The translations under genes were made by a program, and so were the position numbers. The notes below the pieces were generated by a model, which made no database searches, was not told the DNA's origin, and saw only the letters and a list, made by a program, of their open reading frames with translations. This document shows, one piece after another, positions 41,271 through 53,300 of a DNA stretch of 64,000 nt (the stretch's first letter is position 1; each line of letters opens with the position of its first letter). The DNA is from Octopus sinensis (taxonomy: Eukaryota), in assembly GCF_006345805.1 (NCBI RefSeq), contig NC_043005.1, forward strand, positions 19,778,001 to 19,842,000, read 5' to 3'.

Positions 41271-41676
41271 TTCTCTCTCTCTTTCTCTCTTTCCCTCTCT
41301 CTCTCTCTCCTCTCTCTCTCTCTCCCGGAGGTTGCTAACCAACACCCTAATAACAATAATGTATAATTTAGTCACGATGCCAGCAATTTTGAGAAGAGGG
41401 CTTTAAAACTGTCATCGACTTCAGCACTTGACTGGTATTTTATTTTATTGACCCCAGAAGGATGAGCGGCAAAGTTGACCTCGGTAGTATTTGAACTAAG
41501 AACGTAATGAGTAGTAAACTTATTTTAAGGCGTTTTTCCCGACACTCAAAGAATCATTGCTAATCCACCGCCATTGACACCCTAATGATGTTTTTGAGTT
41601 AGACACCAGACCGGCAATTTTAAGGGGGTGGGCAGTAAATTATACTACTAAACTAATATTTTATTTTATCAACGCA

Positions 41677-42305
41677 GGAGTGGCTGCATGGTAAGTAGCT
41701 TTCTTCCCAACCTCATGGTTCCAGGTTCAGTCCCACTGCGTGGCACCTTGGGCAAGTGTCTTCTCGTATGGCCTCGAGTGGATTTAGAAGACGGAAACTG
41801 CAAGAAGCCCGCCCTATATATGTATATATATGTGAGTTTGTATATGTTTGTGGGCCTGTGTTTGCCCCCCCCCCATCGTTTAACAACCTATTTCTTTATT
41901 ACCCACAAGGGGCTAAACACAGAGGGGACAAACAAGGACAGACATAGGTATTAAGTCGATTACATCGACCCCAGTGCGTAACTGGTACTTAATTTATCGA
42001 CCCCGAAAGGATGAAAGGCAAAGTCGAACACGGCGGAATTTGAACTCACAGCGTAACGCAGACGAAATACCGCTGAGCATTTTGCCCGGCGTGCTAACGT
42101 TTCTGCCAGCTCGCCGCCTTTCGTTTAACAACCGATGCAGGTGTGTTTACATCTCCGTAACTTAGTGGTTCAGTAAAAAGAGACCGATAGAATAAGCACT
42201 CGGCTTACAAAGAATAAGTCCTGGGGTCGATTTGCTCGACTAAAGGCGGTGCTCCAGCATGGTCGCAGTCAAATGACTGAAACAAGTAAAAGAGTAAAAG
42301 AGTAA
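41677..42305 (+). mobile_element. SINE-B interrupted by SINE-A
   Basis: 5' half at 41677-41888 and 3' half at 42121-42305. Confidence 0.9.
41889..42120 (-). mobile_element. Full-length SINE-A nested in SINE-B with a 13 bp TSD
   Basis: TCGTTTAACAACC at 41876-41888 and 42121-42133. Confidence 0.95.
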
Positions 42306-42866
42306 CTCCGAAAAGATAAAAGGCAAGGTTGGTATCAACTGAATGTAAACTTAGAATGTAATTTTTCCAGACTTTTTCCAGACGCTCCAACAATTCTGTC
42401 AACCTTCCCCCTTAAAACCAAAATAATAAAGCCAAACTCACCTTCTCCAAAAGAATATGTAAAAACCTCCATTTGTCTATTGATTTTACATGATAAGAGA
42501 CATCATCAATGGGTGATGAACCTATTGATCTTAAAGTAAGATCAAGTAAGATCTAAATCATCTTAAGGCCGCAGCCAAGGAGTTGATCTCAAGGGGTTGA
42601 CCTCAGCATTGCATATGAACCGACTGCTTATCAATTTTAAAAGCATTAACTTACGGCAAACAGTGACTATAGGTGAACTGGTCTATTTTACAAGTTATGT
42701 TAAAGCGAACGCTAACATCGTTCAGAGAGTGAACCAAAAGATTTAATTAATTAAAGTTACATCTCTAGCGATGAGAATAATCATTATCTTAATGATTAAT
42801 TCTAATCTAGAAAGACAGGGTGTCTTGGTCATGGATACAGAGTAATGTCGAGGGAGAAGGTAAAGA

Positions 42867-43555
42867 AGGACTTCTTGGAAAGTTCCAAAGATGGGAAAGG
42901 GGAGGAAAGACCTCCTGGAAAGTTCCGAAGAGGGGAAGAAAAGTCCCGAGTAGTGGAAGCGAATTTCCGGGGAAAGAGTCTTCCTTAAAAGTTCCAAGGA
43001 TGGGAACATCCTGGAAGGAACTGAGGAGGGACAAGCATCCTGGAAAGTTCCGAGGAGGAATGGAAGAAAGATCCCTGGAGAGTTACAAGGAGGGGAGGAA
43101 GGAGAGAAAGAATTTCCTGGAGACTTCCGATGATGGGGACTTCCTGGAAAGTTCCGAGGAGAGGGACTTCCTGGAAAGTTCTGAGGATGGGAGCTTCCTA
43201 GATAGTTCCGTGGAGGTGAGCGAGGACTTCCTGGAAAGTTCAGATGAGAGGAAGGAAGGTCTTCTTGGAAAGTTCCGAGGAAGGGGAGGATGGGGACGAA
43301 AGTTTCCCTGGAAAGTTCCGAAGAGCATGAGGAAAGAGAGGAAGGACTTCTTGGGAATTTCCAAGGAAGGGGTTCTTCCTGGAAATTTTCAATGGGGCGG
43401 GGAAGGACTTCTTCGAAAATTCCCAGTATGGGGATTTACTGGAAAGTTCCGAGGAGGGGAGGAAGGATTCCTGGAAAGTCCCGAGGAAGGGAACTTCCTG
43501 CAAAATTCCGAGAAGGGGAAAGACAGGAAGGACTTCTTGGAAATTCCGAGGACTT
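42867..43555. repeat. Irregular tandem array of ~20 copies of GGACTTCCTGGAAAGTTCCGAGG with variable purine-rich linkers
   Basis: Copies counted by eye, e.g. at 42867, 42908, 43033, 43136, 43163, 43223, 43257, 43300, 43343, 43431, 43464 and 43529. Confidence 0.92.
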
Positions 43556-43667
43556 CGTTTACCAAATTTTCGTAAATATGCGCATATAGAAATTCAGACA
43601 CAGGTACGCCCAAAATATATGCATTTATCCACGTGTGTGTGTAAATATATATGCATGCGTGTGTATC

Positions 43668-43774
<107 letters not shown>

Positions 43775-43779
43775 GACTG

Positions 43780-44724
43780 TTTGCTGAAACGTTCATAGGC
43801 TGACTAAGAAGTAGTGATGCTAGAGCTGTGAAATTTTGCGTACCTTAAATTCAACTCTTTCTACTTATAACACCGTTGTTTCTTTTCAAGTAAACATCTG
43901 GCTGTTCAAAGAATATTTCAAAAGTATCTAGTAGCGATGAACAAAACATGCAGAAATGGGGTTTAGCCCCCATCAACTTTCATGCTAACGTGATTGCTAC
44001 ATTAGGGGATATCGCTCCAGCTTTATTAACAGTGCAAAATTGGACAGCTGAATTTTGGAGTGGAAGAGTCTTGAAGATGTCCCATGGTCTGGACGTTCTG
44101 TCACTGCCACCACCGAGGAAAACATTGGTCGTGTTCACAACATGGTGATGGTTGGCAAGCGATTGACTATAAATCAACTAGCCAATGCTATTAGCATATC
44201 CCGTGAGTGAATTCAGAATATTATGCCCAATGAACTTGGCATGAAGAATGTTTCTGCTCGGTGATTGAACGTCTTCTGACATCTGATCAGAGGCGCACCA
44301 GGCTGATCACATCACGGGAAAAACTGACATTGTTTGAGGCACATCCAGCTAGTTTCCTTGAGTATTGGTTTCATTGCTTTGAAATCAGAGACGGAGAAAC
44401 ACTTCTCCTCACCAGTTACAATGGAGGTCAAGGTAGTTTCATCTGCAGGGAAGGTGATAGCCTCAGTTTTTGAGATGCAAAAGGCATTGGGTCCATTGGC
44501 TATCTCCAAAAAGATAATGACGGTATATCTGCTGTTGATTACTGTTTTCTTTTACCAATAGTAAGAAAAGTTCTTCGCCAATAGGATGCAAGCATTGCAA
44601 CACTTATGGAAGAAGTGTGTGGACCGCAAGAGGGACTAGGACAAAACAATAAGCCTCATTTGGTCACATTTAATGGGAATATTCTTAGTAGTAATGGGAA
44701 TATTCTTCTTTTAGCCGATCCTCG
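43780..44724 (+). mobile_element. Mariner relic, internally deleted
   Basis: GLAP..HA..ATLGD.APA..TVQ.W.AEF..GR HTH region, RLLTSDQRRTRLITSRE, and a right TIR-like end ttagccgatcctcg followed by TA. Confidence 0.85.
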
Positions 44725-45332
44725 TAAACAAATATAGACACTCTTAAATAACGGATACGACCATAAACAGACGATTCAAACACACAGAAACCAACATCAC
44801 AATTCAAGCAAAGACACAAGCATACATACTCTCCACCGTTCGTTCATACCCATAAAGTCACCCATAACCACGCTTATAGACAATTCACCCAGAGGACACT
44901 CATGCACAAATAAATGCAATCAACCACATGCTTACAATATGTCACAAAACAGTAACTTTAAATAGTTCAGTACAAAATATAAACAAACAAGTGAACAAAA
45001 AATATATAGACAATTAATTGTAACGGATGTAACAATAGATATATGACTCAAACAAAGCAAAGCTTAATTGATACATCAATAGCTATTTAAACGTGCGTAA
45101 TTGCATTAATTGAAGCATTCTATCGGCTCACTAAATGTAAAATTGCAATTGAGGTACACTAAGATGATAATAAAATTAGATATAACAAATATGAGATGCA
45201 ATGCAATTGTGGGTAGATGGATGTTATAGTTCTCATTAAGAAAATAATCGTTATGATGACACAGAAAGAATTAATAACGCTCGGATTATTGGTAGAATTA
45301 TGATCCGTCGCTACTAGGGGTACTATGATTGT

Positions 45333-45386
45333 CGGTGATGATGATGGTGACGATGACGACGATGATGATGATGATGATGATGGTGG

Positions 45387-45443
<57 letters not shown>

Positions 45444-45491
45444 CGATGGTGGTGATGGTGATGATGATGGTGGTGATGATGATGGTGTTGG

Positions 45492-45533
<42 letters not shown>

Positions 45534-45705
45534 CGATGATGAAGATGGTGATGATGATGGTGATGATGATGAGGAGGAGGAGGAGAAAAAAGAAGAAGAA
45601 GGAAAAGAAGAAGAAGAAGAAGAAGAACAACAACAACAACAGCAACAACTACAACAACAACAACTACAACAACAACAACAACAACAGCAGCAGCAACAAC
45701 AAGAA
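45333..45705. repeat. Compound trinucleotide tract (GAT)n-(GAG)-(GAA)n-(CAA/CAG)n
   Basis: Direct reading. Confidence 0.98.
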
Positions 45706-46327
45706 AATTAAAGAAAACCAGAAATAATTTCTTTTGCTCGGCGCTTTAGATTGCCTTTGAAAGAGAAAATGTTAACATATGACTAGTTTGTGTAAAATAA
45801 TTCAGAAACAGTGTATGTATTCACCTAAGCCTGATATTCACCAGATCTACATATCTAAATAAATATGAATATAAATTATATACATATGAAGAGATATCCT
45901 AAAGATATCTCAAAATTCAATCGAGACAGCTATCTTCAAAGACAACAAGACGCCTCGTTCAGCATGACAACGTTAGGTGAAGAAAGAAAAAAAAAAACTT
46001 TCGTTCGATATATAGGAAGAAGTAGAGTAAAGGGAGATAAACAACCATTTCTACAGCAATATTAATAACAACAACAAAAACAGAGATGATAGCAAGAGCA
46101 ACAACAGGAAAATCTCTCACACATACAGAGCCACAAATGCGTGCATATACACACAGAGACACACGCGCGCGCGCCTAGAAATGCGCAATGGAACACAAAC
46201 CTGCGCACATTGAAACTCGCACTGAAACCCATACATAAAAAAAATCAAACGCACTAATAGCTATATTGGAAATCATACGTTTGGCATCAGCTAACACATC
46301 AGAAATATAAACAAATTAATCCCATAA

Positions 46328-46370
<43 letters not shown>

Positions 46371-47621
46371 CAAACACACAGACAATCATACACACACACG
46401 TCCACAAGCTCCAATAGAACACTAACACGATGATTCAAAGAGATCAAAAGTTAAAACTGCAGGAATACTGCGAGTTGAAATCGCTATTGGGTTACTTCTG
46501 ATGAGCGATAAATAAAGCTGGCCGTAATAAATTACAAGGCATAGAAGATTGTGAATATACTGCATAAACAAAAGACAAACATAAATAAAAAGATCTCAAA
46601 ATTCTAGTTTAGAAGCAATCCGCCCCCATTAGGTAATATCAGAAATGTATATATAAAGCAAACAGGAGAGTGGTGACGTACACGTGACAAGTGTTGCATG
46701 ACATCAAACCACATACTTGCAGGATGGCTGACTCTAACCAACTCTCCACAGACATGATAAAAGTAGTTAGCCACATCCACTGGAGAGGGTGTGCAGTCAA
46801 CAGTGGAGAAGTGATATCTGAAGCCATCTGATACGATTGTAGGAAGTAATTACGTAAGCATTCTCTCAAAGCGATAAAATATCACATAGACAGAGAGTAA
46901 TATCACATAGACAACGAGCTGGGAAATAACAGTTCTGCCAATGCTATTAAGTACAGGCCGAGCAAGGCACTCAACATGATCAGTGTAACAGGATATGTAA
47001 AATTGTTAATGTTTCCAAACCTCTTCTATGAGCTGGTTATTAGTTCTGATTTCATTCTGTTCGATAAATGAGACACAAATCCTCCCCCACCACCGAATAG
47101 GACGCACGCTTAGCAACTGGTTCGTATTGTCAATAGATAGAACATCCAAGGCAATGTAGAAATAAGTGCACTTCCCAAATCCTCTAGATTTTAAAGTGGC
47201 AGTCCGAAGCCAAATCGGTCTCGACCATTTTACCTGTACGAACTACATCATATACATTTTATAGGGAAATGAAATAGTGAAAATTTCGAAGAATGGAAAC
47301 TAAGTCTGGATGTGTTTAAATTATAAAAGGGAAAACAAAACTATGGCTCATTGTGGAATCTTTGCCATAGAAATGAAAACTTCAGTATACGAAATTACAT
47401 ATTTGTTTACATTTAGAAATAGTTGATAATTTTGCAACATTCCTTTGCAAAAAGTTTTAGCTTTTCTTTATCCATAAAAGTTTTCTTTTTCTACAGCAGA
47501 AGATGGTGCAATTTATTTATCATATTCTATGCAGCTAGCGGCACATCACAGAAATTAGTACAGTCATCTCTCATGAGGAAACACATTGGGAAAGCGGAAC
47601 TATGACACCTTAGTCGAATAC

Positions 47622-47676
<55 letters not shown>

Positions 47677-47704
47677 ATATGTGTGTGTGTGTGTGTGTGT
47701 ATAT

Positions 47705-47754
<50 letters not shown>

Positions 47755-49727
47755 CTTCAGGCTGGTGTTAGTTTATTGATCCCGGAAAAAGAAAGGTGAA
47801 GTCGACTCCAGGGGGATTCATACTAAAATCATAAAAGGACAAAACTAAACACACCGCAAACCATTTTATCTGGAACTCTCCTGATTCTCACATCAATCGC
47901 CATTATAGACATACAAAGTATAACTACTATTTTCCACTCACACAATATCAGCGCTTCAATTTCCGATTGTCAAGAAAAACATCTCTAGATTTCAAAGCCT
48001 GCTCTGCATGAAATCATATTTTATTCTCTTTGAAATTATATCTAACTTTTCTCTAAAAGATAAAAAATCTGTTCTGTTGAACTGAACTGCACTCAGGAAA
48101 TTACTAAGGTGCCAGAATTACTCAAGAAATTATAGCTTTTGCTTGGTTCCTGTCAAATAACTTCGACTTAACTCGATCTTTCATTCGTCATTCAACTTCA
48201 AACGAAATGTGTACCATCATTTTATTATTATCATTTAGTATTATTTTCCGTCTTGTTTACAGCCAAAACGAAATACTTTCATCTCATTCATCTCATAGTC
48301 AAAAACCTTTCAGTCCGTCGACAAATGTTTCCTAAAATCAACATCTTCTATCATATTTCCATTCTTCTCAGAAATGCTATTTCTGCACACCTCTTAATAG
48401 CCTAAACAATCAGGATATATCATACGATACTTTGCATGCTAATTTCCCAGGCAACTATCAGTTGATAAGTGGTTCTCGCTGAGGTCTCAATGAATCTATG
48501 CCCAAGATATCTATCTGTTTCTCGCCCTCGTCTCTGTTTTCCTATCGTCACGGGCGCAATGTTGATTCTTTACAAAAGCACATAGGTGAAATATTTCTTT
48601 TGATTATATGCCTAGTTTATAACTATAAAATTTGAGATGAATATGGCGCCGAGTTTTCTTGGTAATTGATAAGAATATGGATAGTTTAAACTGTATGGTG
48701 AGAGGCTTTTACTGCGCTAATATATTGAGGAAGCAATAAGCGTCATTGAAACTCAGTCTCTTTTTTCTATTGGAAGTATTTTTCCTTTGTAGAGTTAAGC
48801 AAAATGATCTCTGAAAGCATGATTTCTGTCGGGCTATTCAGAATTATCCAACTGTCTAAAAGATATGCGTAAAACGCAGATAAAAAGTTAAAAAGAAAAG
48901 CAAGGTAAAGAGATAGAAAGCAGGGGGCTACTCTCGCGATATTCATGCATTTGTATTGATCCCATTGTCATATCTCAATAAACAACATTGCCATTCATGT
49001 TATTTATTTCAAGTAAACTATCTTATATTTAAAAATGAATTTTTTTTTTTTTTGTCATTTCAAGTCAGTGGCTTCAGCAACTATTTGGCTTTTCGCATTC
49101 ATTTATTAATCCCTTCCAGGCTTTTATTGATCTTCCAATCAGGTCTCGTGAGATCAAACTATCATTTCTCAACATACAGATATAAATATTAATTGTTATT
49201 ACTGAGAAGATATTGGTGACATACAAGAATACAAAACTATAAATATGAATAAGTTGCTCTTCCGATATGTACAAATAGGAAATATGGAGCTGGACAGTCA
49301 GCTCTTGTCCGCCAAGAAGACAGGAAGTACTCTCCATTAACTTTCAGCAGCTAAGGAAACTTATGACAAACGTTATCTTGAACCTTCAGTTGTGTATTTC
49401 CATTATTTGTTATATATATGTTCCATGTTGAACTTCATATGTATGTTAAATAAATGCTGTTTGTTGATACTGCGAATTGCTATCTCAAAAGAATTACTCC
49501 AATAATTTATAACACTGCATATCGGTATAGAGACTATAATTAATCTACGTATTCGCGTTAACTATAAAGTGCACACGCTAATTATTATTACGTTACTCCT
49601 TCAATACACAGATTAACAATTATCATTCCATATGTATAAACTTTAACTAGTATTATTTCATATGCCTGTGTACACAGTTTTAATTTTATATTGCTATTAT
49701 CATTATTTAATAGTCTTATTTTTACTG

Positions 49728-49736
49728 AATAATAAC

Positions 49737-49785
<49 letters not shown>

Positions 49786-49808
49786 GTAATAATAATAATA
49801 ATAATAAC

Positions 49809-49861
<53 letters not shown>
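49728..49861. repeat. (AAT)n, left of the Dong fragment
   Basis: Direct reading. Confidence 0.99.
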
Positions 49862-49864
<3 letters not shown>

Positions 49865-50785
49865 GCTATAAAACAAATGAAATCCAAACTAAAAATAGAA
49901 CAGCAACGAGCCATGATAAAACGATGGCAAGAAAAACCCCTTCATGGTAAATACTGCACTAAACTAAACGCAAAAGAAATAGACAAAGAAAAATCCCAGC
50001 AATGGTTGAGAAGCTCAGGACTCAAAGCAGAAACAGAGGAATTTTTAATTGCAGCAAAGACCAAAGCCTCCCCACCAGAAATTACCAAAAACATGTAATG
50101 AAAAAAAATATTACAAGTAACTGCAGAATATGTGGAGATGGACAAGAAACAATAAATCATATTATCTCTAGCTGCCCAGTCCTGGCTAAGAAGGAATATA
50201 TTCACAGACATGACAGAGTTGGAACCTACATACATTGGAAGCTATGCCAACATTATGGAATAACAACAGAAAAAAGATGGTATAGGCACACACCAGAAAA
50301 GGTCACAGAAAACGAGAAAGCAACCATACTCTGGGATATGCCGATACACACAGATAGAGAAATTAAGGCCAACAGACCAGATATAGTTGTCAGAGATCAT
50401 GAAGAAAAAAAATGCTTTCTAATTGATGTATCAATACCGGCAGATGACAACGTGTCTCTAAAAGAAATGGAGAAACTCTCAAAATACAAAGACCTGGAAA
50501 TAGAGGTAACTAGAATGTGGAACCTGAAAACAGAAACAATTCCTATCATAGTAGGTGCATTAGGCATGATAAAAAAATATTCAGACAAATACATAACAAA
50601 AACACCAGGACTTACAAACACATATAACATACAGAAAATTGCACTACTAGGCACTGCACACATCCTACGCAGAACACTTTCCATATAATAACCATCAGAG
50701 CATCACAACAATTCACAGCACATACCCAAGGCACACAGAGCTGCGCTCGGTAGTGAAGTGAAAGCACGCTATAAAAATAAAACTA

Positions 50786-50788
<3 letters not shown>
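49862..50788 (+). mobile_element. 5'-truncated R4/Dong-type non-LTR retrotransposon (restriction-like endonuclease) inserted in (TAA)n
   Basis: Two overlapping frames (49877..50098 and 50002..50688) give a CCHC knuckle (CRICGDGQETINHIISSC), RHD, and the RLE motif ANRPDIVV..CFLIDVSIP..EKLSKYKDL. A short 3' UTR follows, and (TAA)n lies on both sides, the known Dong/R4 target type. Confidence 0.9.
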
Positions 50789-50859
<71 letters not shown>

Positions 50860-50864
50860 TAATG

Positions 50865-50930
<66 letters not shown>
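50789..50930. repeat. (AAT)n, right of the Dong fragment
   Basis: Direct reading. Confidence 0.99.
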
Positions 50931-50982
50931 GTATAGAATTAAAACCGTGTATACAGGTATATACATGTGTTATTATTGCTAT

Positions 50983-51013
<31 letters not shown>

Positions 51014-51019
51014 AAGAAG

Positions 51020-51074
<55 letters not shown>

Positions 51075-51399
51075 ACAACAACAACAGCAGCAGCAGCAAC
51101 AACAACAACAATAACAACAAAAACTAAAACAACAAATTAAATTTATTAAACTTATTCTGCCATTTTCCACGCTGGTTATGTCAATAAGACGGTTTAATAA
51201 CTGCGTTTGATGTAAGCGAGGTTTGAATGTAAATTACCAAACTGTTTTTAGGACATTACCAGCTTGAAAATGGCAAAATAAATTTAATGTTTCGATCAGG
51301 AAATCTTGGGTAGCTGGATCCCACAAGGGTTTTGTATTTTTCTTATTAATAATAGTATATTTACTCTCTTAACTAATCGAGTGTTCTTACTGCTCGCAC

Positions 51400-51444
<45 letters not shown>

Positions 51445-51549
51445 CCGGAGTAAACACATAAATGTGAAACAAGGTGGGAAAAAAGAGTACTCAAATACCA
51501 GTGGTAGAGTAATATGCTTTATTTAAATCAGCAGAAAATTCAACAAAAT

Positions 51550-51587
51550 CTGTTACTCTGAGTTTCTCGTTGCCGTTCATCAGACAA
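51550..51587 (-). ncRNA. Mirror-image copy of the same hammerhead motif
   Basis: Reverse complement of 51591-51628 within the palindrome; stem I is TTGT/ACAG. Confidence 0.6.
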
Positions 51588-51590
51588 AAA

Positions 51591-51628
51591 CTGTCTGATG
51601 AACGGCAACGAGAAACTCAGAGTAACAG
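51591..51628 (+). ncRNA. Minimal type-I hammerhead ribozyme motif (PLE type)
   Basis: Stem I CTGT/ACAG, core CTGATGA, stem II CG-GCAA-CG, GAAA, near-palindromic stem III ACTC-A-GAGT, predicted cleavage after GUA at 51624. Confidence 0.65.
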
Positions 51629-51660
51629 ATTTTGTTGAATTTTCTGCTGCTTTAAATAAA

Positions 51661-51698
<38 letters not shown>

Positions 51699-52249
51699 CA
51701 AAAAGGGAGAAGGACGCAAAACATCCGGACAACAGACACACGAATGTATCAGTGGTGACGAACAGACAGAATAAGGGTTACTCAGTATCAGAATAGAGTA
51801 TAAATCATTAATGCTTATATAAGTTGCAATTCGAAAGCCATGCTCAATATCTACTTTTCCTGTTAATAGGATGGTTCAGCTGGTTTTCATCTGTTGGTTT
51901 GTATTTTAACGGTCAACAGAAACACAAGCCTCACACAAGGTCAGAGTTAAAAACCCTAGACTCATTTCAAGTCGAAAGAAGGCGTTCAAACATTTATGCT
52001 AAATATAGCATGCTTTTGCGTAGTCATATAACTGACCGGCTGAAGAATGCCAACAAACTGTTCGATCAACAGGAAATGCAGAGTATCTACCTTGGAATAC
52101 ACACACACATTCTCGTGTGCACACACTCACTCACATACAAGCCCACACGCATCCACACACACACACACACACAGAATATTTCAAAATTAGAAAATAATAA
52201 TTTTATATAAAATTGAGTTGGGGTTGGACGAAACACTGTTATGTATGTT

Positions 52250-53300
52250 TAAAACTTCCGATGTAAAATAGGACCGCTAATTGCGGGACGCAAGTAATGT
52301 TCCTTTCTTACGAAAACTCGGTTAAAGTTTTGTATTTTTTATTCAGAAACTGAAATCATCTAACGTATTTCTTTTTTCAGAACACACCAGCACCTACATG
52401 TTTCATCCTTCTCTCCTATTTGAGGTTTCCATCAATTATCCTGAAGAATTGAAGGGAAATATTGGTGAAAGAGACTGTCACCAGAACGCGTGTACAATGT
52501 TACTGAAACTGAACTTTACTGGAAACATATGACTATTAGGAATTTTATTTTCAGTGAAGAATAATCAGTATCGAGCTTTCGAGTTTCCAAAAATCTTTTG
52601 ATACTTATTTTAGTAATATAAAATCAAAAATACAAACATCACTCAGAAAAATCTAAAAACTTTCGAGGGTTATGTTAGACTTAATTTATCTGTGATGTGA
52701 CCATTGAAATAAGAAGAGTTGGATGATAGTGAACGTTTTCTATTGATGCTTTCAGACTACGAACCAAACATTCCACCCACAATGAAATAAATTATCTTTT
52801 TGATAATATATAGCCAAGAACATTTCTTTACCCGACCCAATGGATTAAAACATATTATCTTCAAAGATCTTTGAAACTACTCATAAAGGCAATTGTTGTG
52901 GATGATAAATCTATAGTTAGAGACTTCTAGAAAAAATATTCGACATGGTCTTTACAGAATATAATTTAGTCATGTCATGAAATGATACGAAATCCTCAGC
53001 CACGGATGCTGTTTGGCAAAATATGACCAGGTTTGCCATCAATATAAATTCTGCGTCAAATTTATCAAGATACTGACACACTGGCTAATGATGCAGTATT
53101 TACTGAAGTCGTTACAGATGTTGTGGTTGAGTTGCACGGATTCCATGGAGAAATTTTGTCGAATGAGAAGCAAATGATGATTCTAAAACAAGAACGAGCT
53201 GTAGGAGAGAAAAAGAATACTGAAACTCCACCGATTCAAATTCAATTAACTGCATAAAATATGGCTAAGGCGTTAACACTTCTCGAGGAAGATATACTGA
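52250..53300 (+). mobile_element. pogo/Tigger transposase relic
   Basis: Scraps VYNVTETELYWKHM (cf. FN.DETGLFWK.M), PMD, AVWQ and ELHGFHGEILSNE (cf. ELL.SH.E.LSNE); many stops. Confidence 0.6.

Larger units (their letters stand above)
51518..51660. repeat. Near-perfect palindrome, 69 bp arms and 5 nt spacer
   Basis: 51518-51586 is the reverse complement of 51592-51660 with one mismatch. Confidence 0.97.

Noticed and set aside
42867-43555. CRISPR array
   Set aside because: The repeats are degenerate, the linkers are only ~3-25 nt, low-complexity and variable in length, there are no cas genes, and the context is eukaryotic.
42820-43575. 251 aa ORF as a real protein
   Set aside because: It passes through all three reading phases of the same DNA motif (FLESSE, LLGKFR, SWKVP), so conservation is at the DNA level. 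The purine-rich strand is naturally poor in stops.
45298-45727. Poly-Asp/Glu/Gln ORF
   Set aside because: It is a trinucleotide tract with no flanking coding signal or splice context.
47490-47600. Possible host exon after a polypyrimidine-AG
   Set aside because: No convincing open frame, donor site or recognisable peptide.
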